Assembly: GCF_006345805.1 (NCBI RefSeq)
Contig: NW_021835508.1
Coordinates: 1-39,538 of the forward strand
Length of the DNA: 39,538 nt
Origin: Octopus sinensis
Lineage: Eukaryota
Reading direction: 5' to 3'
Positions 11,639-22,256 of this stretch are shown in pieces. Position 1 is the stretch's first letter. Each line of letters begins with the position of its first letter. The position numbers and the translations under genes were made by a program. The notes under the pieces were generated by a model, which saw only the letters and a list, made by a program, of their open reading frames with translations, was not told the origin of the DNA and did not search any database.

Positions 11639-11836
11639 TTTCTTTACTACCCACAAGGGGCTAAACATAGAGGGGACAAACAAGGACAGACAAACAGATT
11701 AAGTCGATTACATCGACCCCGAAAGGATGAAAGGCAAAGTCGACCTCGGCGGAATTTGAACTCACAACGTAACGACAGACGAAATACCGCTAAGCATTTC
11801 GCCCGGCGCGCTAACGTTTCTGCCAGGTCGCCGCCT
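11639..11836 (-). mobile_element. tRNA-derived SINE family B with a small internal deletion
   Basis: Head AGGCGGCGACCTGGCAGAAACGTTAGC...GAGTTCAAATTCC; aligns with the full copy at 30905-31137. Confidence 0.88.
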
Positions 11837-12029
11837 TAAATTATTATTATATATATATACCTTCATGTGTGTGTGTGTGTGTGTATACACACCAAATAAG
11901 AAGACAATGAAAACTTTAACACATCTTTAACGATCAGTTACAATTGTTCCTGTACCAACTCTACTTCCAACGCCAGTTCACGCCGGAGATAAACTACTGA
12001 GGGTAACAGGCCAACTCTGGGTCTGGAGC

Positions 12030-12930
12030 AAAGCTTCTAACGGACCAAGAGTGACATGGTAGTGGAACAGTGAGATTGACAAGGGTATAACAATAAAGAG
12101 ACGGTTTGGAAAGATTGGAAAAGTTGAGGTCGAAAAGAACCATATCTGGTAGAAAAATGGAAAACGAGGAGACAAGTTTATCTTGCAATAGCAGAGGCTC
12201 CAAGGTAGAGGTTTGCTAATGTCTTCTAGCGTGAGGATCAAAAAACGAGAGAGGTTCCGGATTACTGGAAGCACTCCGTCGGTTCCGACGGCGAGGGTTC
12301 CGGTTGATCCGATCAACGGAACAGCCTGCTCGTGAAATTAACGTGTAAGTGGCTGAGCACTCCACAGACACGTGTACCCTTAACGTAGTTCTCGGGGATA
12401 TTCAGCGTGACACAGAGAGTGACAAGGCTGGCCCTTTGAAATACAGGTACAACAGAAACAGGAAGTAAGAGAGGGAGAAAGTTGTGGTGAAAGAGTACAG
12501 CAGGGATCACCACCATCCCCTGCCGGAGCCTCGTGGAGCTTTTGGTGTTTTCGCTCACAACGCCCGGTCTGGGAATCGAAACCGCGATCCTACGACCGCG
12601 AGTCCGCTGCCCTAACCACTGGGCCATTGCGCCTCCACTCCGGATTACTAAACAGTGTATCAGAAACAATCGAGAGGTTGTGGGTGAGAAATGTACACGG
12701 ATGAACAATAGTGTGATCGCGCTTAGTGTCTCTGAAAAAGAAAGAATCGTGGAAGTGCTATAATGAAAGGTTATTAAATGTGGAGAATGTGTGGGAGAAA
12801 GGGAGTCTTCCCGAAGTGAACCGAACAAGGGGACCAGCTACTCTAGTCGACAACAGTATGATAGATAAGGAAATTAAGGATATGAAGACGGAGAAAGCCC
12901 TTGATCCATCAGGAGTCACTGCTGAAAAAC
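12030..12930 (+). mobile_element. RTE LINE fragment (region between endonuclease and RT), split by a SINE insertion
   Basis: Removing the SINE restores ERFRITKQCIRNNREVVGEKC, followed by ESWKCYNERLLNVENVWEK...IKDMKTEKALDPSGVTAE (decayed KAPGPSG). Confidence 0.75.
12267..12638 (-). mobile_element. tRNA-derived SINE family C with 11-bp TSD
   Basis: A box TGGCCCAGTGG and B box GTTTCGATTCC. TSD TCCGGATTACT at 12256-12266 and 12639-12649. The 3' domain is shared with the copies at 24915 and 36371. Confidence 0.9.
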
Positions 12931-12958
12931 AAAGCAATGATTGTAGTATTGCAGGTAA

Positions 12959-13354
12959 TCTTTATATATAAAAGTCAAGTTGTGTGTCTGTCTCCTACGA
13001 TTTAGATTCCTAACTACTCCCACATTTTGCGGTGCAGTTTAACCAAAACCGGGTATCTTATAGTTGTGATTCATATCGAGCCTTTCTGGGTATTAGCACG
13101 CGTCTACGATGAGTCTACGATTTTAAAAAAATTACCATAAATTTTTCCCATTTTAATGCATTTTTCGCTATTATATAAGGGAAGTAACTCTCTAAAAATG
13201 TCTACGATGAGTCAACGATTTAAAAAAAAATTTACCATCATTTTTTTCCCCATTTTTAATGCATTTTTTTGCTATTTTTTGGCTATAACTCTCTAAAAAT
13301 GCTTATATAATTATTTCCCTTACAAAGCCGAGCAACGCCGGGCGATACTGCTAG
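12959..13354 (+). mobile_element. Non-autonomous Helitron-like element 2 with an internal tandem duplication of about 98 bp
   Basis: Starts A|TCTTTATATATAAAAGTCAAGTTGTGTGTCTG and ends with a CCG-AGCAACGC-CGG hairpin (13328-13341) then GCGATACTGCTAG|T. Repeat units at about 13104-13200 and 13202-13300. Confidence 0.85.
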
Positions 13355-13711
13355 TAAGTTCTAAACCAATCGAGTCTGGAAAGCAATTGACATTAAAGTT
13401 GGAATCTGTTTGTCTTAGATCAGTAATAGCATTGCGATAAGCATGAATATTACAATTTCCCAACTTTCTCTCTCGCTTAATCATCTTCGGTTTCTTGTTT
13501 ACTCGAAAGCGATAACAGGAAACTACTTTAAAATATCGTATTTAGTGTATCATGACACGTTTTAATAGCTCAGTAAAGTGAATCCGGAAACTGATTTGCT
13601 TCTTTTTTTTTTTTTTACTACTTTCTTCAACCAGTTGATTGTGGTCATGCTGCAGCACTTCTACGAAACATGTGGTACACTTCACAGAATTGCGTGTCAT
13701 GCTTACTCATA

Positions 13712-13799
13712 GAAGAAGAAGAAGAAGAAGAAGAAGAAGAAGAAGAAGAAGAAGAACAACAACAACAACAACAACAACAACAATAACAACAACAACAAC

Positions 13800-13839
<40 letters not shown>

Positions 13840-13841
13840 TT

Positions 13842-13876
<35 letters not shown>

Positions 13877-14012
13877 CAATAATAATAATAATAATAATAA
13901 CAACAATAATAATAATAATAATATGATAATAATAATAATAATAATAATTATTATTATATTATTATTATTATTGTTATTATTATTATTATTATCATTATTA
14001 TAATTATAATTA
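13712..14012. repeat. (GAA)n-(CAA)n-(TAA)n tract switching to (TTA)n
   Basis: Directly visible; the strand switch is at about 13946. Confidence 0.95.
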
Positions 14013-14014
14013 TA

Positions 14015-14290
14015 CTAATGTGGTCGCTCCCGTTGGTTTCGATGTATGAGTGTATGAAGGAGAGGACTTTAACATGTTAAAGAGAGTAATAGGAAGAAAG
14101 AACAAAAAAATACAAAGAAGCTGCATCTATCTGCCATGGATGCGTGAATGTAATTTGAGCCCAGGAATGGATTTTGCTATGAAGTCGCAACGGGGACATT
14201 GATATATTTTGATTTTGCCTCGGATTGGGCAAATGTGTCTGTTGGTTGCGGGATATAGTTCTTCTATTGTTCTTTTTCTTCAACTCAAAT
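14015..14290 (-). mobile_element. 3' end of an RTE-type LINE with a C-terminal C2H2-like finger
   Basis: The minus frame reads YQCPRCDFIAKSIPGLKLHSRIHGR-stop, followed by a short UTR and an (AAT)-like tail. Confidence 0.55.
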
Positions 14291-14399
14291 TGTTTGTATG
14301 CATCGTGACATATTTTACGTCATGCACATCGATCTGGCAACGATTTTCCCAAGATGTCCAATTAAGCTGTTGAGATTTTAGTGATTACTTCAACTTATT

Positions 14400-14679
14400 C
14401 TTGAACCTAAAGAGAAGCCTTCCTTTGTCACGATATCCTTCCACTTGTTGGTCATACAGAAGAATAAACAATATATATCCTGAATCCCAATGCGGATTTC
14501 GGGCGGGGAGAGGCCTTGTTGACATGATTTTTGCCCACCGACAAGTTCAAGAGACAGCGCGCGAACAAAATACTGATTTGTACATGGTCTTTGTCGACTT
14601 GAACAAAGCCTTTGATACAGTGAATCGTGAGGCGCTCTGGAAAATTTTGTCAAATAATATCCCTGGGAACATTGAGTAA
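14400..14679 (+). mobile_element. RTE (BovB-like) RT fragment
   Basis: PESQCGFRAGRGLVDMIFAHRQVQE...LYMVFVDLNKAFDTVNREALWKIL. Confidence 0.85.
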
Positions 14680-14868
14680 AAATCTTGAGAAGTACATGGA
14701 ACAAATAGTGGCTGCAATAAGGGTGGAACACTTGCTGAAAACAGCATTGCTTGGAATCGCTCGAATACTCCGGATGGTGCTCGAAAAATAAGGGGTGTTA
14801 CCTTAGTTCACTGGTAGTGAACAGCTGGCACCGTAGTACATCTCCAGCATTAGAAGCGGTGCAAAGAC
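14680..14868 (+). mobile_element. 3' end fragment of an R4/Dong-type LINE followed by (AAT)n
   Basis: IRVEHLLKTALLGIARILRMVL is the typical C-terminus of this clade; a short UTR and (AAT)n follow. Confidence 0.7.
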
Positions 14869-14895
14869 AATAATAATATAATAATAATAATAATA

Positions 14896-17800
14896 CCATT
14901 GATGGGTAAGGGATTTGTCGACATCAGCATTATTAGCTCTCTTTGTATATTTAACATTGAGAGGTTTTTCTTGCCATTTATCTGTAAGAATATCTTAGGC
15001 AGCAGTTTTAGCATGGGTTTTCATGCGCTTAGCTTTATCTGTGCTTGTTTCTAGTACGTCTAATTCTGGAATTTCTTGTATTCGGAATTCACTTAGATAT
15101 TCCTTTGCCTGTTTTGTTACTGAGTATGATGCTTTTTTGTTTTCGTGTTTTGAGACAAGTTCTAACATCCAGTCATCAGAGTTTTTTAGGCAAGTGTTTA
15201 GACCAATTGTGGCAATTTACATTGTTAATTCCAGTTGTAAAAGATTACGGCCACCCTATTTTCTTGGCAGGTTAAGCCATTCTGTATCTACCTTAGGGTG
15301 GTGCATTCTATGCATTGTCAACAATTTTCGTATTTTTCTGTCAAGATCACTTATTTCAGTAATTGACCAGTTAATGATATTGAAACTATAAGTCACGACT
15401 GGTATGGCTAAAGTATTGATCTCTTCGATCCTGTTTCTTGCATTTAGATCTGTCTTGAGTAATGCCCTTAACCCGCGATAACATTCTTTTCTGATCCTTT
15501 CCCTCATCACTGAATGTTTGATTCCATCACCTTCAAATACCCCTAGGTATTTGTAGCTTTCTGCTGGTTCTAACTCCTTTATGACATTCTGTTGGTCAAG
15601 ATTAACGTTGGATGTTTCTATTTTTTTTTCCTTTGATAAAGGTAGCTTTTGCTCATCTATCGAGGCCAAATTGCATCCTGATGTCATCAGTGAATTGTTT
15701 AACAATAGCTAGTAAGCCATGTAGTTGTTGGTTATTTTTTGAAAAGAGCTTTAAATCATTCATGTAAAAGAGATGATTTATATATTTATCAAACATTTTA
15801 TTGCCATATTGTACATCATCGAGCAATTTCGAGAGAGGTATTAAGGCTAGACAAATGAGGTGTGGTGACAGAGTGTCACCCTGGAAGATGCCATATGAAA
15901 TTTTTACATCTCTAGCATTGAGAGATTCATTATCACTGTTCAAAGTCAGTGTGGTTCTCCATGATCTTATACTTACAGACAAAAAGTTTACTATTTTATA
16001 CATTTCCAGACATTTCTTAATCCAGCTATGTGGTTGACTATCAAAAGCATTTTCATAGTCTCTCCAGGCTATCGATAAGTTTTTGTGTCGTTTGTGACAA
16101 TCTTCCAAGATCATCTTATTGATGAGTAGCTGATCTTTACAACCATAAGACCCACGTTTACACCCTTTTTGCTCATTAGGGAATATGCCACTTTCTATTA
16201 AAAAACTATAGGTATATTCAGTCAGGACAGATGTTAGTATTTTATGCATTGTTGTGAAGTAGGTTATGGGTCTATAATTTTTTGGTTCATTTGTTTCTTC
16301 ATTTTTTGGAAGTAGGAATGTAGCACTATTAACTAGCCAAGATGGAATCATACTAGGTTGTTGCAAAACATTGTTGTAGAGTTTTGTTAGCAGTTGATGA
16401 CTCTCTGGGAAGATATTCAACCAGAAGTTAGGAATTTTGTTCTTTCCTGGAGACTTCCATTTGCTTGACCTCCCAACATCAGATCTCACATCCTCTACCT
16501 TGATATCCTCCCACTTTTGCTCTTCTAAGCAGTCTAAGGCAGAAGATATTTTATCAATCCAAGGGGACTTTTTATTGTTTTTTCTTCTGTCCAAATTTTA
16601 TTCCAAAATTCTGGCGCTACTTCTTTTGATGGGACAGGCTTTACTATAACTGGTATTTTCCCTCTCTTCCTGTAAAAATTTTTTGAGTTAATTTCGAACC
16701 TCTTGTTGTCCTTGAAGAATCTAACGCGCTTTTCATACCGTGCTATGCGGGCAGCTTTAGCACTTGTCTCTTGCTTGATAGTTTTTATGGTCATATCGAT
16801 GTCAAGTATGGTTTTCATATTATATTTTTTCTTTAATTTTCGGATTTTTTCTGGTTTGATAGTCTTGTCAAACTTAGGATTTTTAAAACATTCTATGTCA
16901 GACATAAGCAGCTGAATTTGGTGTTGAATACTCTCTTGCCAAGTAGGCTTTTTGTGGGAATGTTGTCATTTTCTAATCTTTTCACCGCATAGTGGATGCA
17001 TGGTACAGGTGGGTGAGAACTATAATATCAACATCATAAACAGAAATTATATCCTTAAGTGCAAGACTGGTTTTATCAATTATTTTCTGGTTTTGGTTAC
17101 AGTTGCGAATTTTTGGGAGAGTGTCACGTTCATTCATACTGGTTTCTTTAGTTTTCAGCCATTCAGTCATGATTTGATTTCTTAGATCATGTAGTTCTGT
17201 TGGGTCAATTTCTGTGTGACTTTCTTTATCTATTTGAGTTTCATCTGCCTTAGTGTTTTATGGTTGGTTCAGAGAGTATTTCACTTTGCTTATCAGTTAC
17301 ATTAACTCTTTCTATCATTACTGCACTTGCATCAGACCTGGGTGGTCTATAATTATTTCCTCTGTAGTAGTATGTTTTTTAGCTGCAACTTCGATCCCTT
17401 TATCCGTTACTGATTGTTTAATTTGGTCAATCTCTAATTCAGTTAGTAATTTCTTTTTCATAATGTTTCTTCTGACGTTGGCAAGTTTCTTACTGTCTAT
17501 GTAGGGTCTTCCAGTTTAGGTAGGTTTGTTCAGTGTTAGATTTATTTGCGGGAAAATACATGGTATGGTAGAAGGCCTTAAGAACTTCTTTATTATCATC
17601 CCTTGACTATTTTTCATTCTTTTTCTTTCGGTATTTGATGACGAGCGTGGACGGCCATCTGTTGGAATATTCCGGTTGTGGGGTGCTTTCAGCTCCTGTG
17701 TTTCGGGAAGATTTGAACCAGTAGCTGATTTTCGTACCCAGTCTGGTTCCTCACGGTGGTGCGCAGCCCTTGTTGATACGGATGACGGCAGATTCGGTAT

Positions 17801-17977
17801 GTATTTTGCTTTGTTATCATTGAGGCACGACGAGCTTGGACGTTGGTATTAGGAGACGGATCTGTCTAATTAAGGTTAATTTTTTGAGACAACACTGTCT
17901 CCGAGTTCTCTGAATGAAAACATTGCTAGTAACGTAGCTTCTTAAGGCTAACAGATCTGCATTCGTCTGTATTTTTT
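14896..17977 (-). mobile_element. R4/Dong-type REL LINE, inverted 5' segment (5' UTR, N-terminal domain, RT, thumb), frameshifted
   Basis: N-terminal KKLANVRRNIMKKKLLTELEIDQI. RT: WKSPGKNKIPNFWL, KNYRPI, EQKGCKRGSYGCKDQLLINKMI, AFDSQPHSWI, GIFQGDTLSP, HLFYMNDLKLF, YKYLGV, NTLAIPVVTYSF. The segment ends at DVDKSLTHQW. Confidence 0.92.
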
Positions 17978-18834
17978 CTGGCTTAAAATCAGAAACAGAA
18001 GAGTTTATCACAGCAGCTCAAGATCAATGCCTACTTACAAGGAACAACATATTAAAGAACGGCAGTAGCCCAACATGTCGTGTAAGTAAACAACAAAATG
18101 AAACCATTGATCATGCTGCATCCATGTGCAGTCTTCTTGCGCCTACAGAGTATCTCAACTGGCATGATAGAGAAGCACAATATATTCACTGGGTAATTGA
18201 CAAAAACTTGGACATGCTCCATGATAAAAACTGGTGAGAACACAAACTACCTCCAGTGCTTGAAAATGACCACATCTCACACCTCTAGAACTTCACCATT
18301 CAAACTGACAGAAAGATAGACGCGAATAGGCCAGACATTATATTGAAGGTATTAAGACAAAAACCATACTTCTTCATTGATATGACTGTCCCAATTGACA
18401 TAAATGTATCTATCAAAGCCTACCAAAAACTGAGCAAGTATAAAAATCATGAAATAGAAATTGGCAAAATGTGGAACCTGAAGACTAAAACAATACCTGT
18501 TGTCATAGGTACCTTCGGAATGATAGCAAAAGGGGCTGATTTCTACCTATCTCAGATACCAGGAAACCCCAAAAATGGCAGAAATTCAAAAGATAGTGCT
18601 CATGGGAACTACCCACACCTTACGTAAAATACTGCCTATGTAATCTCAAATTTTAAAACAAACTTATAGGCTTCTTATGTTTTCTTAAAATTCACTAGAA
18701 CAATATTTTGTGTAAAACTAAATATATGGCACCCTAGGCATAACGCCAACTTGAACTTCTAACTTGTTGTCACTTGAGGTCTCTGGGTGAGACTTGGAGT
18801 CAGCTTGTACAAATACAAAGCAAAAGTCAAACAT
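17978..18834 (+). mobile_element. The same R4/Dong LINE, 3' segment (CCHC knuckle, restriction-like endonuclease, 3' UTR)
   Basis: SGLKSETEEFITAAQDQ; CRVSKQQNETIDHAASMC (decayed CCHC); ANRPDIILK...FIDMTVP...KLSKYK (PD-D-K REL motif). Followed by a (CTA)n(AAT)n tail. Confidence 0.92.
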
Positions 18835-18835
18835 A

Positions 18836-18908
<73 letters not shown>

Positions 18909-19461
18909 GCCCTGACGCAGTACCAGACAGTGGTTCTCATGGTTTCTGATCTTAACTGATTGGAAGTGTTATCATGTACATTTTTTTGTCTTGGTATAAA
19001 AGATGGGCTACAGCAAATATTCTGCTCGATACCACAGATTTGCTTGTCAGTTGTTTGACGATAACCAGTTGAGCATATCCCTTACTGGCAGACGATATGT
19101 GCACCTCTGATCACGTGGTGACGTAGTTGAGGAGCATCATAGCCATGTGCTGAAAGGAATTCTTTAGAGTGAGAATAATTCGCCTCTGGAAACATGGGTG
19201 TTTTGTTCAACATCCTTACACAACCCTTATACAAGACCATTTGAGCGGGATGGGTTACTCGACCTGAAGAGAATTCTTACTGGGCCCCGCCTGCAAGGTT
19301 ATGCAGTTTATCTTGATATGAGATCACCATGTCACGCACATATGGTTGCGATGCATGTGCCTGGTGTACCCTTATCAGACGGGTAGTCATGATGGGTGTA
19401 CTGAGCTTCGTATATATATTACCCCAGTGTCACTTTGATGGCATGCACTGCTCTCTCACTC
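18909..19461. mobile_element. Non-coding interspersed element of about 550 bp bounded by (AAT)n, copy 1
   Basis: Aligns end to end with 19531-20044; no credible ORF and no Pol III boxes seen. Confidence 0.8.
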
Positions 19462-19530
19462 AATAATAATGATAATAATAATAATAATAATAATATAATA
19501 ATAATAATAATAACAATAATAATAATAAAT

Positions 19531-20044
19531 GCCCTGATGCAGTACCAGGCAGTCGCTCATATGGCCTCTGATCTTAACTGATTGAAAGTGTTACCATGTA
19601 CAAGTTTGTCTTGGTATAAATGATGGGTTTCAGCAAATATTCTGCTCAATACCATAGATTTGTTTGTCAGCTGTTTGACCTTAACCAGTTAAGCATTCCC
19701 TTGGTGGCCTTAACCAGTCGAGCATATCCTTTGGTGGAACCTCTGATCACGAGCAGAAGCATCATAACTATGTGTTGAGAGGAATTCTTTGGGGCTTAAA
19801 TAATTCAAACTTTATTCAGGGACCTTTTGAGCGAGATGGGCTACTCAACCTGAATAAAATTCTGTGTCCCACCTGCAAGGTCATACACTGTTTATCTTGA
19901 TATGAGATCACCATGTCGCTCACATATGGTTGTGATGCATGTGCTTAGTGTACCCTTTTCGGACGGGTGGCCATGATGGGTATATTGAGCTTTCTATATT
20001 TGTACCCCAGTATCACTTAGATGGTATGCGCTGCTCTCTCACTC
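19531..20044. mobile_element. Non-coding (AAT)n-bounded element, copy 2 (internal deletions)
   Basis: Same termini as copy 1: GCCCTGA(C/T)GCAGTACCAG...CTGCTCTCTCACTC. Confidence 0.8.
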
Positions 20045-20057
20045 AATAATAATAATA

Positions 20058-20460
20058 CTGATTGCTACCTATTCCAGATACCAGGAAATCCCAAAATGGA
20101 AGAAATTTAAAAAATAGTGCTCATGGGAACTGTTCATATCCTAAGAAAAATATTGTCTATATAATCCCCAAAACATCTTAATCTGTAAACATTGTCAAAA
20201 GTATTCTTAAATGTACATGATACCCAAGACCTTTTACTGTCGTCTTAAGATCACACTATCATCTTATAATCAAATTACTTTTAAAACAAAATTCTAATTT
20301 TCTTATGTTTTGACAGACGTTCTCTTGAACAATATTCTGTGCAAAACCAAAAATATGGTACCCTAGTCATAACAGCAACTTGAACTTCTAACTTGTCTCT
20401 TGAGGTCTCTGGGTGAGACTTGGAGTCAGCTTGTACAAATACAAAGCAAAAGTCTAACAT
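20058..20460 (+). mobile_element. R4/Dong LINE 3' fragment, same subfamily as 17978-18834
   Basis: QIPGNPKMEEI...VLMGTVHILRKILS, with a UTR ending CTTGAGGTCTCTGGGTGAGACTTGGAGTCAGCTTGTACAAATACAAAGCAAAAGTC that matches 18773-18830. Confidence 0.88.
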
Positions 20461-20496
20461 TATAATAATAATAATAATAATAATATAATAATAATA

Positions 20497-20534
<38 letters not shown>

Positions 20535-20537
20535 AAT

Positions 20538-20921
20538 GAGGCCAATAGGCCAGATATAGTTGTCAGAGATCATGAAGAAAAAATGCTTTCTAACTGATGT
20601 ATCAATACCAACAGATGACAACGTTTCTCTAAAAGAAATGGAGAAACTTTCAAAATACAAAGAGTCTAAAAACAGAAATAATTCCTATCATAGTGGGTAT
20701 AATAAAAAAAAATTCAAACAAATATATAACAAAAACACCAGGACTAACAAATATATATAACATGCAGAAAATAGCACTACTAGGCACTGCACACATCCTA
20801 CGTAAAACACTTTCAATACAGTAGCCATAAGAGCATCACAGCAAACCACAGCACATACTCAAGGCACACAGAGCTGCACTCGGTAGTCAAGTGAAAGCAC
20901 GTTATAAAAATAAAACTATTG
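20538..20921 (+). mobile_element. R4/Dong LINE 3' fragment of a different subfamily
   Basis: NRPDIVVRDHEE, DVSIPTDDNVSLKEMEKLSKYK and QKIALLGTAHILRKTLSIQ-stop; distinct 3' UTR followed by (AAT)n. Confidence 0.85.
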
Positions 20922-20927
20922 AATAAT

Positions 20928-20987
<60 letters not shown>

Positions 20988-20988
<1 letters not shown>

Positions 20989-21388
20989 TTTTACTTGTTT
21001 CAGTCATTTGACTGTGGCCATACTGGAGCACCGCCTTTTAGTCGAGCAAATCGACCCCAGGATTTATTCTTTGCAAGCCTAGTACTTATTCTATCGATCT
21101 CTTTTGACAAGACGCTAAGTTACGGGGATGTAAACACACCAGCATCGGTTGTCAAGCGATGTTGGTGGGGACAAACACATACACACATACATATATACAC
21201 ATATACATATATATATACATATATACGACGGGCTTCTTTCAGTTTCTGTCTACCAAATCCATTCACAAGGCTTTGGTCGGTCCGAGGCTATAGAAGAAGA
21301 CACTTGCCCAAGGTGCCACGCAGTGGGACTGAACCCAGAACCATGTGGTTCGTAAGCAAGCTACTTACCACACAGCCACTCCTATACC

Positions 21389-21389
<1 letters not shown>
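20988..21389 (-). mobile_element. Family A SINE, full length, within an (AAT)n tract
   Basis: Complete head, body and tail GGCGGTGCTCCAGTATGGCCACAGTCAAATGACTGAAACAAGTAAAA. Confidence 0.92.
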
Positions 21390-21430
<41 letters not shown>

Positions 21431-21624
21431 TAATAATAATAATAATAATAATTACTTGACAAGGACTTTATTTTATCGACCTCTTAAGGACGAAAAAAAA
21501 TTACGATCTCGGTAGGATTTGAACTCAGAACATAAAGAACCGGAAGAACTGCTGCTAACTATTCTGTCCCGTTCAGGTATGCTATTCAGAAAGTCCTGCA
21601 GGTCACAGATTGTTCAAGACTGCC

Positions 21625-21686
21625 CCTAGACCCATCGGTTCCTATCAAACCCTCTAACCCATGCCAGCATAGAACATGGACGTTAA

Positions 21687-21727
<41 letters not shown>
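21625..21727 (+). mobile_element. Extreme 3' end of an RTE-type LINE with (GAT)n tail
   Basis: CAAACCCTCTAACCCATGCCAGCATAGAACATGGACGTTAAATGATGATGAT. The RTE assignment is from recalled tail sequences. Confidence 0.55.
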
Positions 21728-21874
21728 ACTTGTACATTTATGTTTATGGCTAGGTGGACTAGGACATTGGGAATTATTTGTTTTGGTCGTAGCTACAATG
21801 CTATGGCGCCAGTGACTCGGTACGAATTAACGATCCTTCTACTAGCAAGTTGACACTACCAGCTGCGATTTCAA

Positions 21875-22190
21875 ACAAAAGAAGGAGCTTTTGTGTGGTT
21901 GCTTTACTTGCTTAAAACAATAGCCAAATCAATTCCTAAGTACATTACTCGCGTTTCTCTTTCTCTTTCTGACTTTTTTTTCAAAAAACAAAAAAGCAAA
22001 AACAAAAACAAAAAAAAAAAAAAAAAAAAAAACAATGGTTAAACAAGCAAAGTAAGAAAGCGCTTTCTGAATGTAAAATACTAGAAAGTAGAAATGATGG
22101 CCACAGCTGGAATGTCAGTTGAACATCAAATCGCTCGGTAGACAATCTAAGTGGCATGGACTTGCTCCACTAAATTTAACCTAGGCCTTT

Positions 22191-22256
<66 letters not shown>

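Noticed and set aside
12560-12638. tRNA-like sequences with A and B boxes (also at about 400-486, 24915-24980 and 30905-30995)
   Set aside because: These are SINE heads: no complete cloverleaf was seen and each runs into a SINE body, two with TSDs.
15653-16594. 313-aa ORF as a functional reverse transcriptase gene
   Set aside because: The catalytic YMDD is mutated to YMND, the flanking frames are shifted, and the element is split by an inversion.
17820-17977. Possible HDV-like ribozyme in the Dong 5' UTR (GAUCUGUU/GACAGAUC stem)
   Set aside because: No P1.1 GG, L3 or J4/2 could be placed by eye.
19262-19290. CTGAAGAG in the 550-bp element as a hammerhead core
   Set aside because: There is no downstream stem II-GAAA partner, and copy 2 reads CTGAATA.
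18838-21450. Regularly alternating repeat and unique blocks resembling a CRISPR or spacer array
   Set aside because: The repeats are variable-length (AAT)n, the spacers are retroelement pieces, there are no cas genes, and the context is eukaryotic.
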